Positions 13,022-27,706 of a DNA stretch of 64,000 nt are shown here, piece after piece (the stretch's first letter is position 1; each line of letters opens with the position of its first letter). The notes under the pieces were generated by a model. It did not search any database and had not been told where the DNA came from. It worked only from the letters and a program-made list of their open reading frames with translations. Source of the DNA: Azolla caroliniana (Eukaryota; Plantae; Polypodiophyta); the NCBI GenBank assembly GCA_043228905.1, contig JBHGNT010000004.1:21390001-21454000 (forward strand), in the 5' to 3' direction. Both the position numbers and the translations under genes were made by a program.

Positions 13022-16000
13022 CTACCTTGGGTTATATCGAGTTACAGGGAGATATACTCCCTCTGTGGCAATCCATATGGAATCAGCAGTTTTTTTCCTT
13101 ACACTACATACCTGATTTGTCAAAAATCTTCAGTAAGACAATCAATCCATCTCATTTGTACAAACAAAATACTATTCTAGGTCTTAGGCTATACCTCTTG
13201 TTGACCACCAGCAATACGGGAATACTTCTTATCATGGCTGTGGAGATAGCCTCCTGTTTCAACATGTTGTATTCTGAATTTCTGGTCCTTCATCCATACT
13301 TTACCACTTCCTTCTATTTCCAGCCTGCCAAAACAGTGTGGAACATACCCATTTTAATATAGAGTTAATCCCCTCGAAGATTCTATTGGAGTGCACTTCA
13401 ACACTTACATCCAAAGATCTCCAGAATCACTTTCCTGTGGCGCACCAAAGCAGCTAACCTGCAAGGGAAAGCGCATTACATGAATAGATAAAACAAGTCA
13501 AGCAAAACTACCAAGAGAATGAGAATGTACATACATCTACATATGTTTGCAAAAGGCTATATGACATCTGAGATAGAACATACAACCATATGCTGATACA
13601 TGATACAAATGTCAGGCTAAAGAAAATAGTCGTAAGAACCAGAATTGAGGCATATATCTTGTAGTATTCAGATGGTGAAACATCTCAAAAGGAGAATAAA
13701 AATCAAGAGTGGCAAATGCCATGTGCATGGAACCTTCCACAGGATTTTGTGAAAACAAGAGTGACGGTTATAAGAACAAGCATGGAGGATAAACAGTACA
13801 AGTCAAGTTATAACACATCAATCATGGAGCTCAAAATGCAATTCAGAACACCAATATTCAATGCACATGACACTGACACAAATATGTTCTTGCACAGTTC
13901 AATTAGATACAGGAGACATGTAGGGAGCAGAGGAATGCCCAGCTTACAAATTAACTAATTAAGGTTTAGATATGACAAGCGCATATCCACAGCAGTAAAT
14001 CTGATTCCCTGGTAGCATCTAGTCCAACAAGAATCAAGATCTTTTGATTCCCAAGACCTGTGAGCTCCACGAGGTGACAAACTCTTCTCCATAACTCTAA
14101 TACCATGTTAACATAATAAGGCTCACTTCGAGGGAACAGGATATACGTGGCATAGAGAAAACAAATGAACAGAGAGACAGTTTCAAATAGAGATTTGTTT
14201 AGGAGAAGCAAAGACTACAAACAGTTAAGTGTTTGAGAGTTCATATCAGCCTACTACAACCACCTATCGAGTATGTGCTCCATCTAAGCAACAATCTTGA
14301 ACTCCCACAGTCATACGCCTTTCCTATGGTCTCTTTTGTGGACCTCACACTTGATACTTGTCTTCTTTATTGCCTGATGCAGACGATTTCTGCCAGTTGT
14401 TGATTTGTTATTGTGCCAGATTAACACACTGACCCAAGATTAGATGTTGCCCAAGTCTATGCAACTTATATACCAATTTTCAGGCTGATGGATCTTGCGT
14501 CCCCATCAATATGTAGATGGTAATTTTATACAGGGTTCTCAAATTAATCTCCTAGTCCCATTTTTTGCACAGTTGGATGTTTCTATACTATCCAATTGTA
14601 TAAACTAGGTTAATATAGTATATATTTCATTGCTACATAAAATTGTAGTATCTTTTCAGTCTAAATCAATATAACACGAACCCAGCCACCCTTATTAAGT
14701 TTATGAGACATGGATAAACATTTAGATTTTTAAAACAATGGAAATTAATTATGAAAAAGAAAGAAAAATAACTAAAAAAACGAAAAACAGAAACATGAAA
14801 CCATAGAATTTCCAGATTCAATATACTTGACACTAAAAAACTGCAAATGTATAAAGAGAACTGCAAGTCATTTCAAATGATGGTAAGTAAAAGACAAAAG
14901 GAAAATGAACAATAAAACAGAAAATGCAATAATGCAAATTTTTACTTCAACATACATTTGAGGCTAAAAACTGTAAATATATAAAGAAACAAGTTGCAAA
15001 CAAAGTTGTTTCAAATAAAGGAATGAAAATCATCTACAAATGATCAAAGTGTTACGAACCTCCAAATTTCCGCTAATTGGGGATGGATGCAAATGACTAT
15101 GTAACCACTTGCGCGTGCGCATATGTTGTAGCCTAATAATTGCTCCATGAGGGATAGACTCACCTTGAAGGAAGATTGAATCTTTTGGTTCTTTTACAAC
15201 CTAAGAAGAACCAAGTAGATACATCTCTCTTTTTCTTTTTTCTTACAAGAAGAATTGCATTAAGTGTACATAAAGTTCAACAAAATTGCTAGCAGCCTAA
15301 ACGTTATAAGTACTATAACAAGAAGCAAAAAACAAACTAGAAAGAGCCTAAGATTTTTCTCTGTCTTTGTCTGCTTTTATCTTTACAGATTTCACAATTG
15401 AAGAATACCCTTTCATTTGAAAGATACTTCGCATATAATAAGAAGTTCTATGTACTTCAAGTAATCATGTTGACTGTGGGACCTGTACTCAGCATGCAAT
15501 ACAAAACCCTCTTGGGAAATTATAAGCCCTTGATCTCTCCCTACTACATTTTAAACTTTCATGACATTTTCCTATGCAAAATAAACGCTCAGATCTCGTA
15601 TATACAGACTTCGTATGTATCTCTCACCTGAGTACATCATTATATCATGGATCACATTGAACTTCAAAATAAAAAAAGATAAGATCCAAGGTCTAAGTGC
15701 ATATGGTTTGTCCTCTGTGGCTTTATACATACACATATTTATCTGCGTGCATGAATATTTTTGGTCACATATAAATTATGTTGTTATAGCATACGGCAAT
15801 TTTATTGTTCACATCAGGAGTTCCCTAAAGTAATAACAGAGAATAGGATTGATTGAGTTACCCAGTAACTATTCGAATCCTCTACTCCGCCAAAACCTGT
15901 AACAGATTGCTGTCCACTACCCGATCCATAAGGTATGTTGTGAGAATGTAACCGATACTTTGTCCTCTCGTGCATAAGCTTTACAACACTTCCATAAGTC

Positions 16001-17142
16001 ACCTAAAAAAAGGGAACTCAAGACAAAAGGGAAATTAGTTCAATCTTCCATAAGTCCTCTACACACAGAAAATCATGTTCCACTTTTCTTATTCCCCTGA
16101 GGATGGAACTGAAAAAACTAACTCAATCTACTAAATATGGAACCATGTGGTTCAGGATCTTCTTCTTTCCATAAAGGAAAACCAGTTGAATGTTTTTAGT
16201 TCAATCTAGTGAATATGCACAAACATACGGTTTTGGATTTTCTACTCTGTCTTTTTCTGTGTACAACAAGAAAATTAAGTCAATACACTACGTGACAAAC
16301 CAAAGGCATTGGATCTTCTTCCATATGTTCAGTAAAGTAGTCCACATCTAATAAATATGAAAAGAAAGAGTTTTGATTGTTTTTCTCTTCTTGTTCAAAT
16401 GGAATTTGGATCTTCTAAATACACAAAAATAAGGTTTAGGATCTTCTCCTCCTTGTTGGTTAGTGCAAAATTTCAGTTCAACCCACTAAATACAAAAACA
16501 TATAGTTTTGGATATTCTTCTGTTTAGTTCAAATTTCAGCTCAATTCATTAAATACAAAAAAACAAGGGGTTACAGCTCCTCTTCTTCTTTTTAATTTTC
16601 TGCCTCTTCTTCCTTCTTCTAACATAAAAGAATTACAAGGGGAACATGAGGTCCTATATCATCATCATTTCTTCTTCTTCTTCTGCGTAAGCAAACGGAA
16701 ATTTAGTTTTATACCTACACCAGCTGCCTTTTCTCCTCTTTAAGTCAAATACTTTGTACAATGTATTAAACAGAAATAGAAAGGTTTTTGGATCACCATC
16801 ACTCCTCCTTGTTCTTACCTCGTTTGAATCAGGTGATGGAGCTGTGTCTTCTGACGATCTGCGCACCTGAAAGGGACCTGCCAATAGAACAGCTATGGAG
16901 ACGCATGCGAAGATAAAAAGGGGAGCAAGAAGCCAGTGAATGAAGCTCTGTCTGCTATCCTTCTTCTTCTTATTCTCCCCCTTATTCTTCTGGAGGTAAG
17001 GAACTTTCTCCCTACTCTTCTGAAGAGAAGGATTGTTGTTCTTATAATACTGCAGAGAGGGGTTCGCCCGGAGAGAAGGAGAAGAGGAAGACGAAGACGA
17101 AGAAGAAGAAGAAGAAGAAGAAGAGAAGGTGGATTCTCCCAT
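13022..17142 (-). CDS. SDF2: Stromal cell-derived factor 2-like ER protein (MIR domains). Exons 17142-16819, 16002-15862, 15200-15060, 13458-13409, 13324-13195, 13111-13022
   Basis: Spliced translation: EVTYGSVVKLMHERTKYRLHSHNIPYGSGSGQQSVTG..SNSYW, IRLQHMRTRKWLHSHLHPSPISGNLEVSCFG, GGYLHSHDKKYSRIAGGQQEVC, EGVYLP; all introns GT..AG. Confidence 0.93.
14095..14130 (-). mobile_element. Possible degenerate LTR/PBS junction remnant in an SDF2 intron
   Basis: Minus strand reads ..ttaaca TGGTATTAGAG, one mismatch from the tRNA-iMet PBS TGGTATCAGAG; extent of element not defined. Confidence 0.35.
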
Positions 17143-17187
17143 CTGAGAAGGAGAGCTTTGGCAGCGTCGCCAGGGGCAGCTTCTCGC

Positions 17188-17214
17188 TCACGCCATCGCC
17201 ATGGCCAGCAGCAT
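17188..17214 (-). promoter_or_regulatory. 8-codon upstream ORF (MLLAMAMA*) in frame with the SDF2 ATG
   Basis: ATG CTG CTG GCC ATG GCG ATG GCG TGA starting 72 nt upstream of ATG 17142. Confidence 0.45.
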
Positions 17215-17298
17215 TCCTTCCCTTCTTTTTCTTCTTCTTCTGTTTATGGTCCTCACTCGTCCTTCTACGGGGCAAAAACACATGTCTGCATCATCCCA

Positions 17299-17340
17299 CC
17301 AATGAGATGGGGGCACGTCAGGGGGGGGAAGCCACGTGTC
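17299..17340. promoter_or_regulatory. ER-stress element ERSE (CCAAT-N10-CACG) overlapping a TGACGTG core, plus G-box
   Basis: CCAAT 17299-17303, 10-nt spacer, CACG 17314-17317; TGACGTG on minus 17320-17314; CACGTG 17333-17338; ~160 bp upstream of SDF2, a known UPR target. Confidence 0.7.
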
Positions 17341-17396
17341 TTCGTTTCATTGGCGGCTCCGGCTGGGTTGGCGACGACACAAAAAGAAAAACCACG

Positions 17397-17418
17397 AGAG
17401 AGAGAGAGAGAGAGAGAG

Positions 17419-17460
<42 letters not shown>

Positions 17461-17470
17461 CTCTCTCTCT
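17397..17470. repeat. Compound microsatellite (AG)n-(AC)n-(TC)n
   Basis: Directly visible. Confidence 0.95.
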
Positions 17471-18052
17471 TCTTACCACATCAGGACGTGGGGCGGGGCG
17501 GCTGGACCCGGGTTCCGGGTCCTGGGCTGAGGGTGACTTTTGGGCGGGTGGCCAAGCCACCGGGGGGGTGGGAGAGGAGGAGGAGCATCCAGGAACCCCA
17601 CTCTTACCGTACTCCTATTTCACCCGCCTCACCACATCCACTTGTGATTTTGATGAGACGACAAATGATCCGCTCTGCTAGACACACCGCCCATGTTCGC
17701 TCACATCTCTTCTCACATTCACGTACAAGAGGAGATTCCCATGCATTCCTTCTTCTTCTTTTATTGGGCGCTTCTTCGGGCTTGGAAGAATAACTAAATC
17801 TTTGAACATCCTATCATCATTTCACATGCACCCGTGGCACATTTGCATTTTTCTTGCGTCTCTCTTTTATGTTTTGATATAATTCCTTTCTCAATAGAAA
17901 AACCAATTGAAACAAATATATGATGTCTTTGCCCCCTTAGAGGTGTTTCTATTGGTGGCACATCCCTTGGGACACATAAAAGATTATGCTTCCTAGTACC
18001 TACAATGAATTGGTCTTTGGAAATGTGCTACATGTGATTAAAATGTAATGGC

Positions 18053-19228
18053 TTGTTGCCTTCCTCCATGGAAGTGTGAAAGGAGCATATTGTATACAAC
18101 TTGCTTATGGTTGTCGGCCCCTCGTCGAACTAGAATGGGATCTAGGGGATTTTAGGTGGAAACATGATCATGGCAGATTTTGCCATTTCTTCGACTACAA
18201 CACTAAACTGGGCCAGACTTTTCAATTGCAGCTAGACGGTCCCTTAGGCAATGGCTGGTGTAGATTGGGCATCCCTGACGAGGTGCTCATTACCTTTTGG
18301 AAGGGTCTTTGGTGTCTCCACATGCCGGAAAAGATAAAGTTTTTTTGGTGACAAATTGGTCATAATGTGGTTCCCGTTGGCTAATGGCTAGGTAAACGTG
18401 GCGACTCGTTAGGCTGCCCACTTTGTCATTCACCTATTGAGACTTTGAGGCATTGTTTGTGGGATTGCCCTCAAGCTCAAAAGGTATGGGATAGAGTGAC
18501 TCGCCTCCTTGCGGCATGTGAAGTGGAAGGAACAACATCGTGGAGTGTTGCGGCATGGCTTGATCACTCCGTTGATAGGTGGACGGATACCCTCAATGCG
18601 CATAGTTGGTGCTACGTATGCATGAGAGGCTAAATCGCCAAGATTCGATTTGAGAGAGGCTTGCAGTCTGCATCCCCTAGGTTCCCGAACATTTGGATGT
18701 TGATCGTAGGCTTTCACCCTATGGTATGTATGGAAAGCGCATTGCCTAAAGGTCTTTCAGGATCTGGTGTGGCCCCTGGAGGAAGTGATAATGGACATAT
18801 GGTTTGCGTTGATCAGATGCTTACAAGGGCAATTGGACGAGGTTTGCAACCATTCCAATGACATGGTTACTGCCCGTTTTCGCTTTTGGCAGAAATGGCG
18901 GAACACGCCTATGGTGACACAAGGAGGAAGTGGCCCGATGTGGAACTACTAACCCCCACACTGGCTGTTTTTGGCTCATTTACCACCCTCCCTTCACTAT
19001 CGACCCCAGGAGGTGTCTCGTACTAGCCATCACTAAAGGGCACCATTTTTAGCTATAGGTAGTTACATTAAGTAGTCAATCCAAAAGGCGATGTAACTAG
19101 TCTCATTTTCTTGAACCTGATCAGAGGGAGATTCCCCGTTCTATGTATAAGCCTCCTTGTACAATCTCTTTGTAATAATCCTTCCTAACTAATGGGAAAG
19201 TAGCTTCATTTTGGAAAAAGAAAAAAAA
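18053..19228 (+). mobile_element. 5'-truncated degenerate L1-type LINE (zf-RVT C-terminus, 3' UTR, A-rich tail)
   Basis: FWKGLWCLHMPEKIKFFW*..CPLCHSPIETLRHCLWDCPQAQKVW..LWYVWK; ends aaaaagaaaaaaaa; stops and frameshifts; boundaries approximate. Confidence 0.75.
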
Positions 19229-19911
19229 TGATGGCAAGGCTAATATAATATAGATGAGGGAGTAAACCATAGTATGTGCTCATCTTCAAACATGACCTTT
19301 ACTAGCTATTTTGTTTCAGAATTAAAATTTGCACTTTCATGATGTGGGTATGATATCAATAGAAATGTCTATCTTTGCAATCTTTGATGCACAAACCCTG
19401 TCATGCTAGCAAACCTCAACAAACCATGTCATTAAATCTTACTCAAGTTACAATCCGCGATTGATAGTTTCATGACATGAAACAATTTGATGATATTTTC
19501 AACGGTAGCTTATAACATCATAAGACGAAGGAAAACATGTAAAAAATTCTACGAAAAAGTAAATTTCTACTAGCCTTTAACTTTAAGATATGCTGCAAGA
19601 GGTATCAACCATTGCCTCCCTAGAAGAGAGAATGATCAAAGATAATGAAGCTAGACGTAGCTAACCAAGTATGTGATTCTTTATCTCATGGCAGTCCATT
19701 GTCACCATTGACTCATTACTAAAAAAGACAATTGCATTATTGTTAATTATTAAGCTATTGCAGCTCATGCGCAATGTTGCATGAGTAGCATGGACAAAAC
19801 ATGTTACATGAAATTAAAACATTAATGACAAACATATCTAACCACTTGCCTTAACCCAATCAATAATGTGACATCTATCTATTGAATATAAGATGTATGT
19901 CTTATACACGC

Positions 19912-20299
19912 CAGAGACACGCTCTCTCTCTCTCTCTCTCTCTCTCTCTATTACGCTCTGTACAACAGTTGCACCAACAACTATATACAATACTAATGAC
20001 CAACAACAATAATACACACTTTGTTTGCCCTAGGTCATATTTATACTAATATGATTTTAGGACTATTTACAGATATAGCCCCAATGGGCTCTCAAAAACA
20101 TATTTCCATATATGTCCCTTCATTCGGTGAGAGGTTCTCACTGGGCCTGCATCATCCGGTTCTCACCGGGTCTTCCTTGCTGGGTACTCATCATCTGGTT
20201 CTCACCGGGTCTTCCTTGCCGGATACTCATCATCCGGTTCTCACCGGTTCTTCTTTGCCGGGTAATCATATCCCATCCGGAGGGACCGAAATCCTAACA
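19912..20299 (-). mobile_element. Partial Copia-type LTR related to the element F LTR, flanked by a 21-bp direct repeat; contains three ~39-bp tandem repeats
   Basis: Shares ttgccctaggt..atttatactaat, ctatttacagatatagcc and cccatccggagg..tcctaaca with 41790-41978; agatgtatgtcttatacacgc at 19891-19911 and 20300-20320. Confidence 0.8.
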
Positions 20300-21055
20300 A
20301 GATGTATGTCTTATACACGCATAATGCAAATGTGACTAACTACCTTCTTGGATGTTGAGAAGATCATTAAGAGGGCATTCATTGTTTCAAATAATTCATA
20401 AACATGACATGCCATTTCATCTTATATTTTAACTAAAAGAGAACCCATATTCCTTGTTTAAACATCCTACCAAGAGGCCTTAATTATCACAAACATGTAA
20501 ACCATTAACAACCTTACACATTAGAAATTTTACAATTTTTTTTGTCACAATCTAATATAATAGTTAACATGTATTCATTTATTCAATAAGCAACTGGCCA
20601 AAAGGAAATCCATCAAGATGAAGCTTTGTGCATTGGAGCTCATGTCAATGACTTCTTTATTGTCGGGATGGAAATAGCATAATTTTGGTGTCAATGACAC
20701 TTGATTTTCAAATCCATCACTCTCTTTTACTCTATTATACTCTTTAACATACAACCCTATCAAATGTTGGTAACTTGTCATTTAAAAGTTTTTTTTCCTT
20801 ATTATTGAGCGAATGAGAAGAAAACTTGGCACGGAATAGTAGACAAATTTTAACCAAAATATTTAACCAACAGCATACATAGAGGGGTTGGTGACTCGAG
20901 AGACATGAACTAAGTCCAAATTCTATCTAAGCCAAAACCATCATTCATACGATGAAAGTTCAAAACTACATTTGCCAAAATGTTGGATTCTCCATGGGAA
21001 AGAAGTATTATTATTTGGAAAACATAACTATAGATATATTTTCTTGTTTGTAAAG

Positions 21056-23817
<2,762 letters not shown>

Positions 23818-23943
23818 AGCTAGACCTTTGGAAGTTCTCTCTGCTACTAGAGGAAGCAGGGCAGAGTATGTTTCCTCCAAAATACTGTCTTTGTATGTAG
23901 ATATGGCAATCCTGATGTTTTTGTTGGGCGATTTGTTATTATT

Positions 23944-23965
23944 ATTATATAGATATATTCACGTG
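23944..23965 (-). promoter_or_regulatory. Candidate TATA box and G-box of the AKR gene
   Basis: Minus strand CACGTGaatatatcTATATAAt about 130 bp upstream of ATG 23817. Confidence 0.5.
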
Positions 23966-24096
23966 ATGCCTCGTTGTTTTGGGCATTCATGTTGGCGTGA
24001 AGCTTGCTTGACACGGTACAGTCAGTACTCAGTCTCTCTTCAAGCCTTGACATGGTCTTCATTCTCTCATGGAAATTGGAATGAATGACCCCATGG

Positions 24097-24584
24097 CAGA
24101 GCAGGGCTTCCTTGAGTCCATAGATGTATGTCTCTCTTTGCTAATGCATACCTTCTCTTTCCATGACCCACTTGGACACTCCCATTTTGTTAAGCCGGTC
24201 ATTTCGTTATGACCCAGCGATGATGATCCATAGGCCGTTCGCACTACTGAACACGTCAATATTGTCTTCGTTCGTTTCCATTCCCGATGATCATCGAGCC
24301 ATTGATTTGCCTTCGCTTCCTCTCGTGTTTAATGATGGTAAGCCAGGCCAGCGCATGGCTTCCTTGAGATCACACTCCATAGATGTATGCCTTTGTTTGC
24401 TATGCATACATTCTCCTTTCATATCTTTCATTGACCCACCTGGACAGTCCCATTTTGTTATGACCCGGCGGTGATGGATGGGGCATTCCCACTACTGAAC
24501 ACGCCAATATTGTCTTCGCTCGTTTCCATTTCCGATCATGATCGTTGAGCCATCGATTTGCCTTCGCTTCCTCTCGTGTTTAAT
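24097..24584. repeat. Diverged ~240-bp tandem duplication upstream of AKR (about 24097-24334 and 24348-24584)
   Basis: ggcttccttgag..tccatagatgtatg..cactactgaacacg.caatattgtcttcg..gatttgccttcgcttcctctcgtgtttaatg twice. Confidence 0.9.
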
Positions 24585-27235
24585 GTTTGATGACTTGATG
24601 ATGCGATGCCATTCTCACTCCGGTTTCCTGGTTGATCACAAACTCATGAGTTAGTTAGCACTATTAACTTCTTTTTGTATTTTGTTGTCATGTGAGTCAA
24701 TAGATTCTGTGACGGCTAAGCTAGTCCCAACATGAGAACCATGCATGTGTAGGAAGGTTTAGGCGTCAATGTATAGCTCCTACGTGTGAATCCACATGAA
24801 AAAAAAAGTTAGGGCATGAACGCCTCTCTTGCGTACCCTTGATCTCATTCTCTTGCTCAACAATTAAAATAAACAAGAGGAAAAAATGTGAGATAATAAG
24901 TCTGTAGAAGTAAATGTGTCGTGGGTTCTTGTCGGGCTGTCTACATTAATGTGAGGGGGTTAAAAGGAGGAGGAGACGGATTATTAACAATTTCAATGAT
25001 CTTTTAGGGTTTGGCATTTTTGGGAGGAATATTATTCTTGAGCTTTTTCTTGGGAGTTTTGGGTAGAGGAGCTTGAATCATCTTTCTCACAATTTCTATT
25101 AGGGTTTTCTCCTTGTTGAGAGGGAGAGTGGATCTTGAACGATACAGGTTTGTTGACTCTTTGTGATTGTCGAAGCGCGAATTCATGGAGTGGGTTGAGA
25201 GCCCTAGGAAAGGGAGGGACACATCGGTGCTCCTCAAAGAGTTCAAAAAATGATTCGCTCGGCTCTCAGCGCTAGACCAGACCGTGCTCGATACGAGTCG
25301 GGTCCTACTATTCATTAAGTCGGTTGACACACTTGATCGAGAGAATGGGTTTCCTATTGGAGACGGATGAAGGACTCACGGCTGATTGGGCCGTGGTGAA
25401 AAGGGTTTGTAGTCGTTTCGACAAACGGCGTGAATGGAGTGACGTGGATCCGCTGGCAGCAGGCCCGATTGCGGGGAAAAGGCTAGAAGAACCGATTCTG
25501 GCTCGAACGGAAGAGACGCCAAGGTGGATCAAGTAAGGCGTGGTTCCGACTGACGTGATCAAGGGCCCATCCGGGGGCGTGGCTCTAGAGGAGCTAACGA
25601 GGATGGTGCGTGATCTCCAGGTTGCGCAAGCACGGAGAGATATGGGGTACAATCGCGTGACCAGAGGCCTCCGATCGACCAGCGGTGCATGTGGTGTGAC
25701 GTTGTCGGCCACATCCAGAGGGACTATGCTGATTTCGCGGAGGCACTTAAGAGCAACGTGGTGTACGAAGTCATCACGCACTTCGGGATGATGGTTGGGT
25801 TGGATCAAACGACCGCAATAAGCACAAAGTACAAGACTGTGGGCCGGAAAGTGTGGCTAGTCGCGGCTCCCTTGCTAGAGGACAGTTGGGATTGAATAAG
25901 AGGGGTTGCGGCCGACCCAAGTTTATGGAGATCCGGCCGGCATAGGACATCGACGAGACGCTACAGGAGCTCAAGATTGGTGGGGGTGGCTTCCTATTGC
26001 CCGCGGAGGAAGACCGGTTTCGGAGAATGCTCAGAAGGCATGAGAAAGCCTTCGCATTCTCGTCGGGGGAGATTGGGTGTGTCAACCTGACAATTGTAGA
26101 ACCGATGGTGATCTTCATGGTACCGCGAGCTCATATCCCGAAGTTGATGGAGTTGCTGAAACAGAAAGTGGAGATGGGCATCCCCGAACCAGTGGTTTAC
26201 GGTGCCGAAGAAGAACGACACATTGTGATTCATCTAGGACCTACAGCCGGTCAACAAGGCGACCATTCGGAATGCAGGAATCGGGCCGATGATTGATGAG
26301 TTTGCGGAGGCCTTCGCCAGAAGGTAGATCTACTCGGTCGGTGATTTATACTCTGGGTACGACCAGTTCCAACTAGCCGTAGAGAGTAGGGATATCACGA
26401 CGATGCGAACCCCTCTCGGCTTGGTTCAGATGTGCACCCTGTCGCATGGTGGGACTAACTCAGTGGCGCACATGGTGAATACAATGAACAAGACTCTGTG
26501 GGACTGCATCCTGGACATCACCATGCCGTTCTTGGACTACATCCTGATGAAGGGATGTCTAGAGGAAGCGAAGGATGAGTCGATCGGGCTGGACGGATGC
26601 CGGAAGTTTGTCGCGAACCACATCTCCGACTGCGAGAAGATATTGCAGAGGCTTGAGGGCGCTCGGCTTACCTTCTCCGGGGAGAAGTCGGCTTTCGAAC
26701 AATCAGAGATCCTAGTAGTGGGGCACCTGTGCGGGTCATACGGCCGGAAACCATCTCCTGCGAAGGTAGGAGGTCGTCTCCGCGATGAAGGAGGAATGCA
26801 AGTTGGCCACGGAAGTCCGAAGATTCTTGGGAGCGTGCGCCTTCTACCACATTTGGATTCCGCACTACGCGCACATCGCCGAGCCGCTCTACGGGTTGCT
26901 GAAGAAGGGTCGTAGTTCGAGTGGGAAGAAGAACACGCGGAATCGGTTCGGAGACTAAACAAGGCGCTGATTGCGGCACCAAATCTCAAGAAAGCGGTCT
27001 ATGGGAAGGACACCCGATTTACATGACGGTGTATACGAGTCCGACCGGAATCGGGTGGGTTGTCAATCACGACGATGAGGAGGGCACACGTTTCTCCATC
27101 TGGTTCGGCGCAAAGGTGCTAAGCGAGTGGCAACGAAGATACACGCAGGTTAAACACGAACTTTGGGGTATCATTTCGGCAATCAAGGCTGCTAAAGACT
27201 ACTTTATCGGGACGGAAGTAATAATCAAGACAAAT

Positions 27236-27655
27236 TGTTACCGGCCGGCAAGGAGTCCAAAATACGGAGTGAAGGAATTAATTAGATATGGTTGTAAATG
27301 AGCAAAGTGTGGACGGACGGACTGGAAACGGTATGCCGTTCCAGATCCGGACGGATCCCGAATAGGTGCGAGAGGCACCGTTTTGTACTACGGGCCGGAA
27401 ACCTATTTAAAGGCCCGGACCCTATTGTAATGACAGCGGATAATTAGTAGAGCTTATGTTGTTTATACTTCTGTCTTGATTTCCGTTCTGTAATCACTGT
27501 TATATCTTACGCGTGTAATTAACCAAAGCAATCTAATAGTGTAACCTACGTAAGTCGGTGTAATCGTTGAATCTTAATCCTATGCCGTAATCACCCTTTG
27601 GTGAAGTGTCTCCGTGACACCTTGTGTTAGGCCTTGTCCGGCTAAGAGAATAACA
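27236..27655 (+). repeat. 5' LTR of B (TATA-like TATTTAAA 27404-27411)
   Basis: No difference from 36691-37110 found by eye. Confidence 0.97.
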
Positions 27656-27661
27656 CAGTTT

Positions 27662-27672
27662 TGGCGACCACG
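27662..27672 (+). promoter_or_regulatory. Primer-binding site of B, tRNA-Arg(TCG)-like
   Basis: TGGCGACCACG 6 nt after the LTR, complementary to recalled plant tRNA-Arg end ..GTGGTCG-CCA. Confidence 0.7.
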
Positions 27673-27706
27673 ATTCCTGCTTTCCTGCAGCGAACGACGG
27701 TAATGG

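Noticed and set aside
16936-17793. 285-aa plus-strand ORF
   Set aside because: Antisense to SDF2 exon 1 and promoter; kept open by microsatellites; no recognisable domain.
20149-20270. CRISPR-like array
   Set aside because: Head-to-tail ~39-bp repeats without unique spacers, within an LTR fragment.
24917-25160. 5' LTR of element A
   Set aside because: Only the first 9 nt (tgtcgtggg) match the 3' LTR; no PBS and no TSD matching ACGA at 41502.
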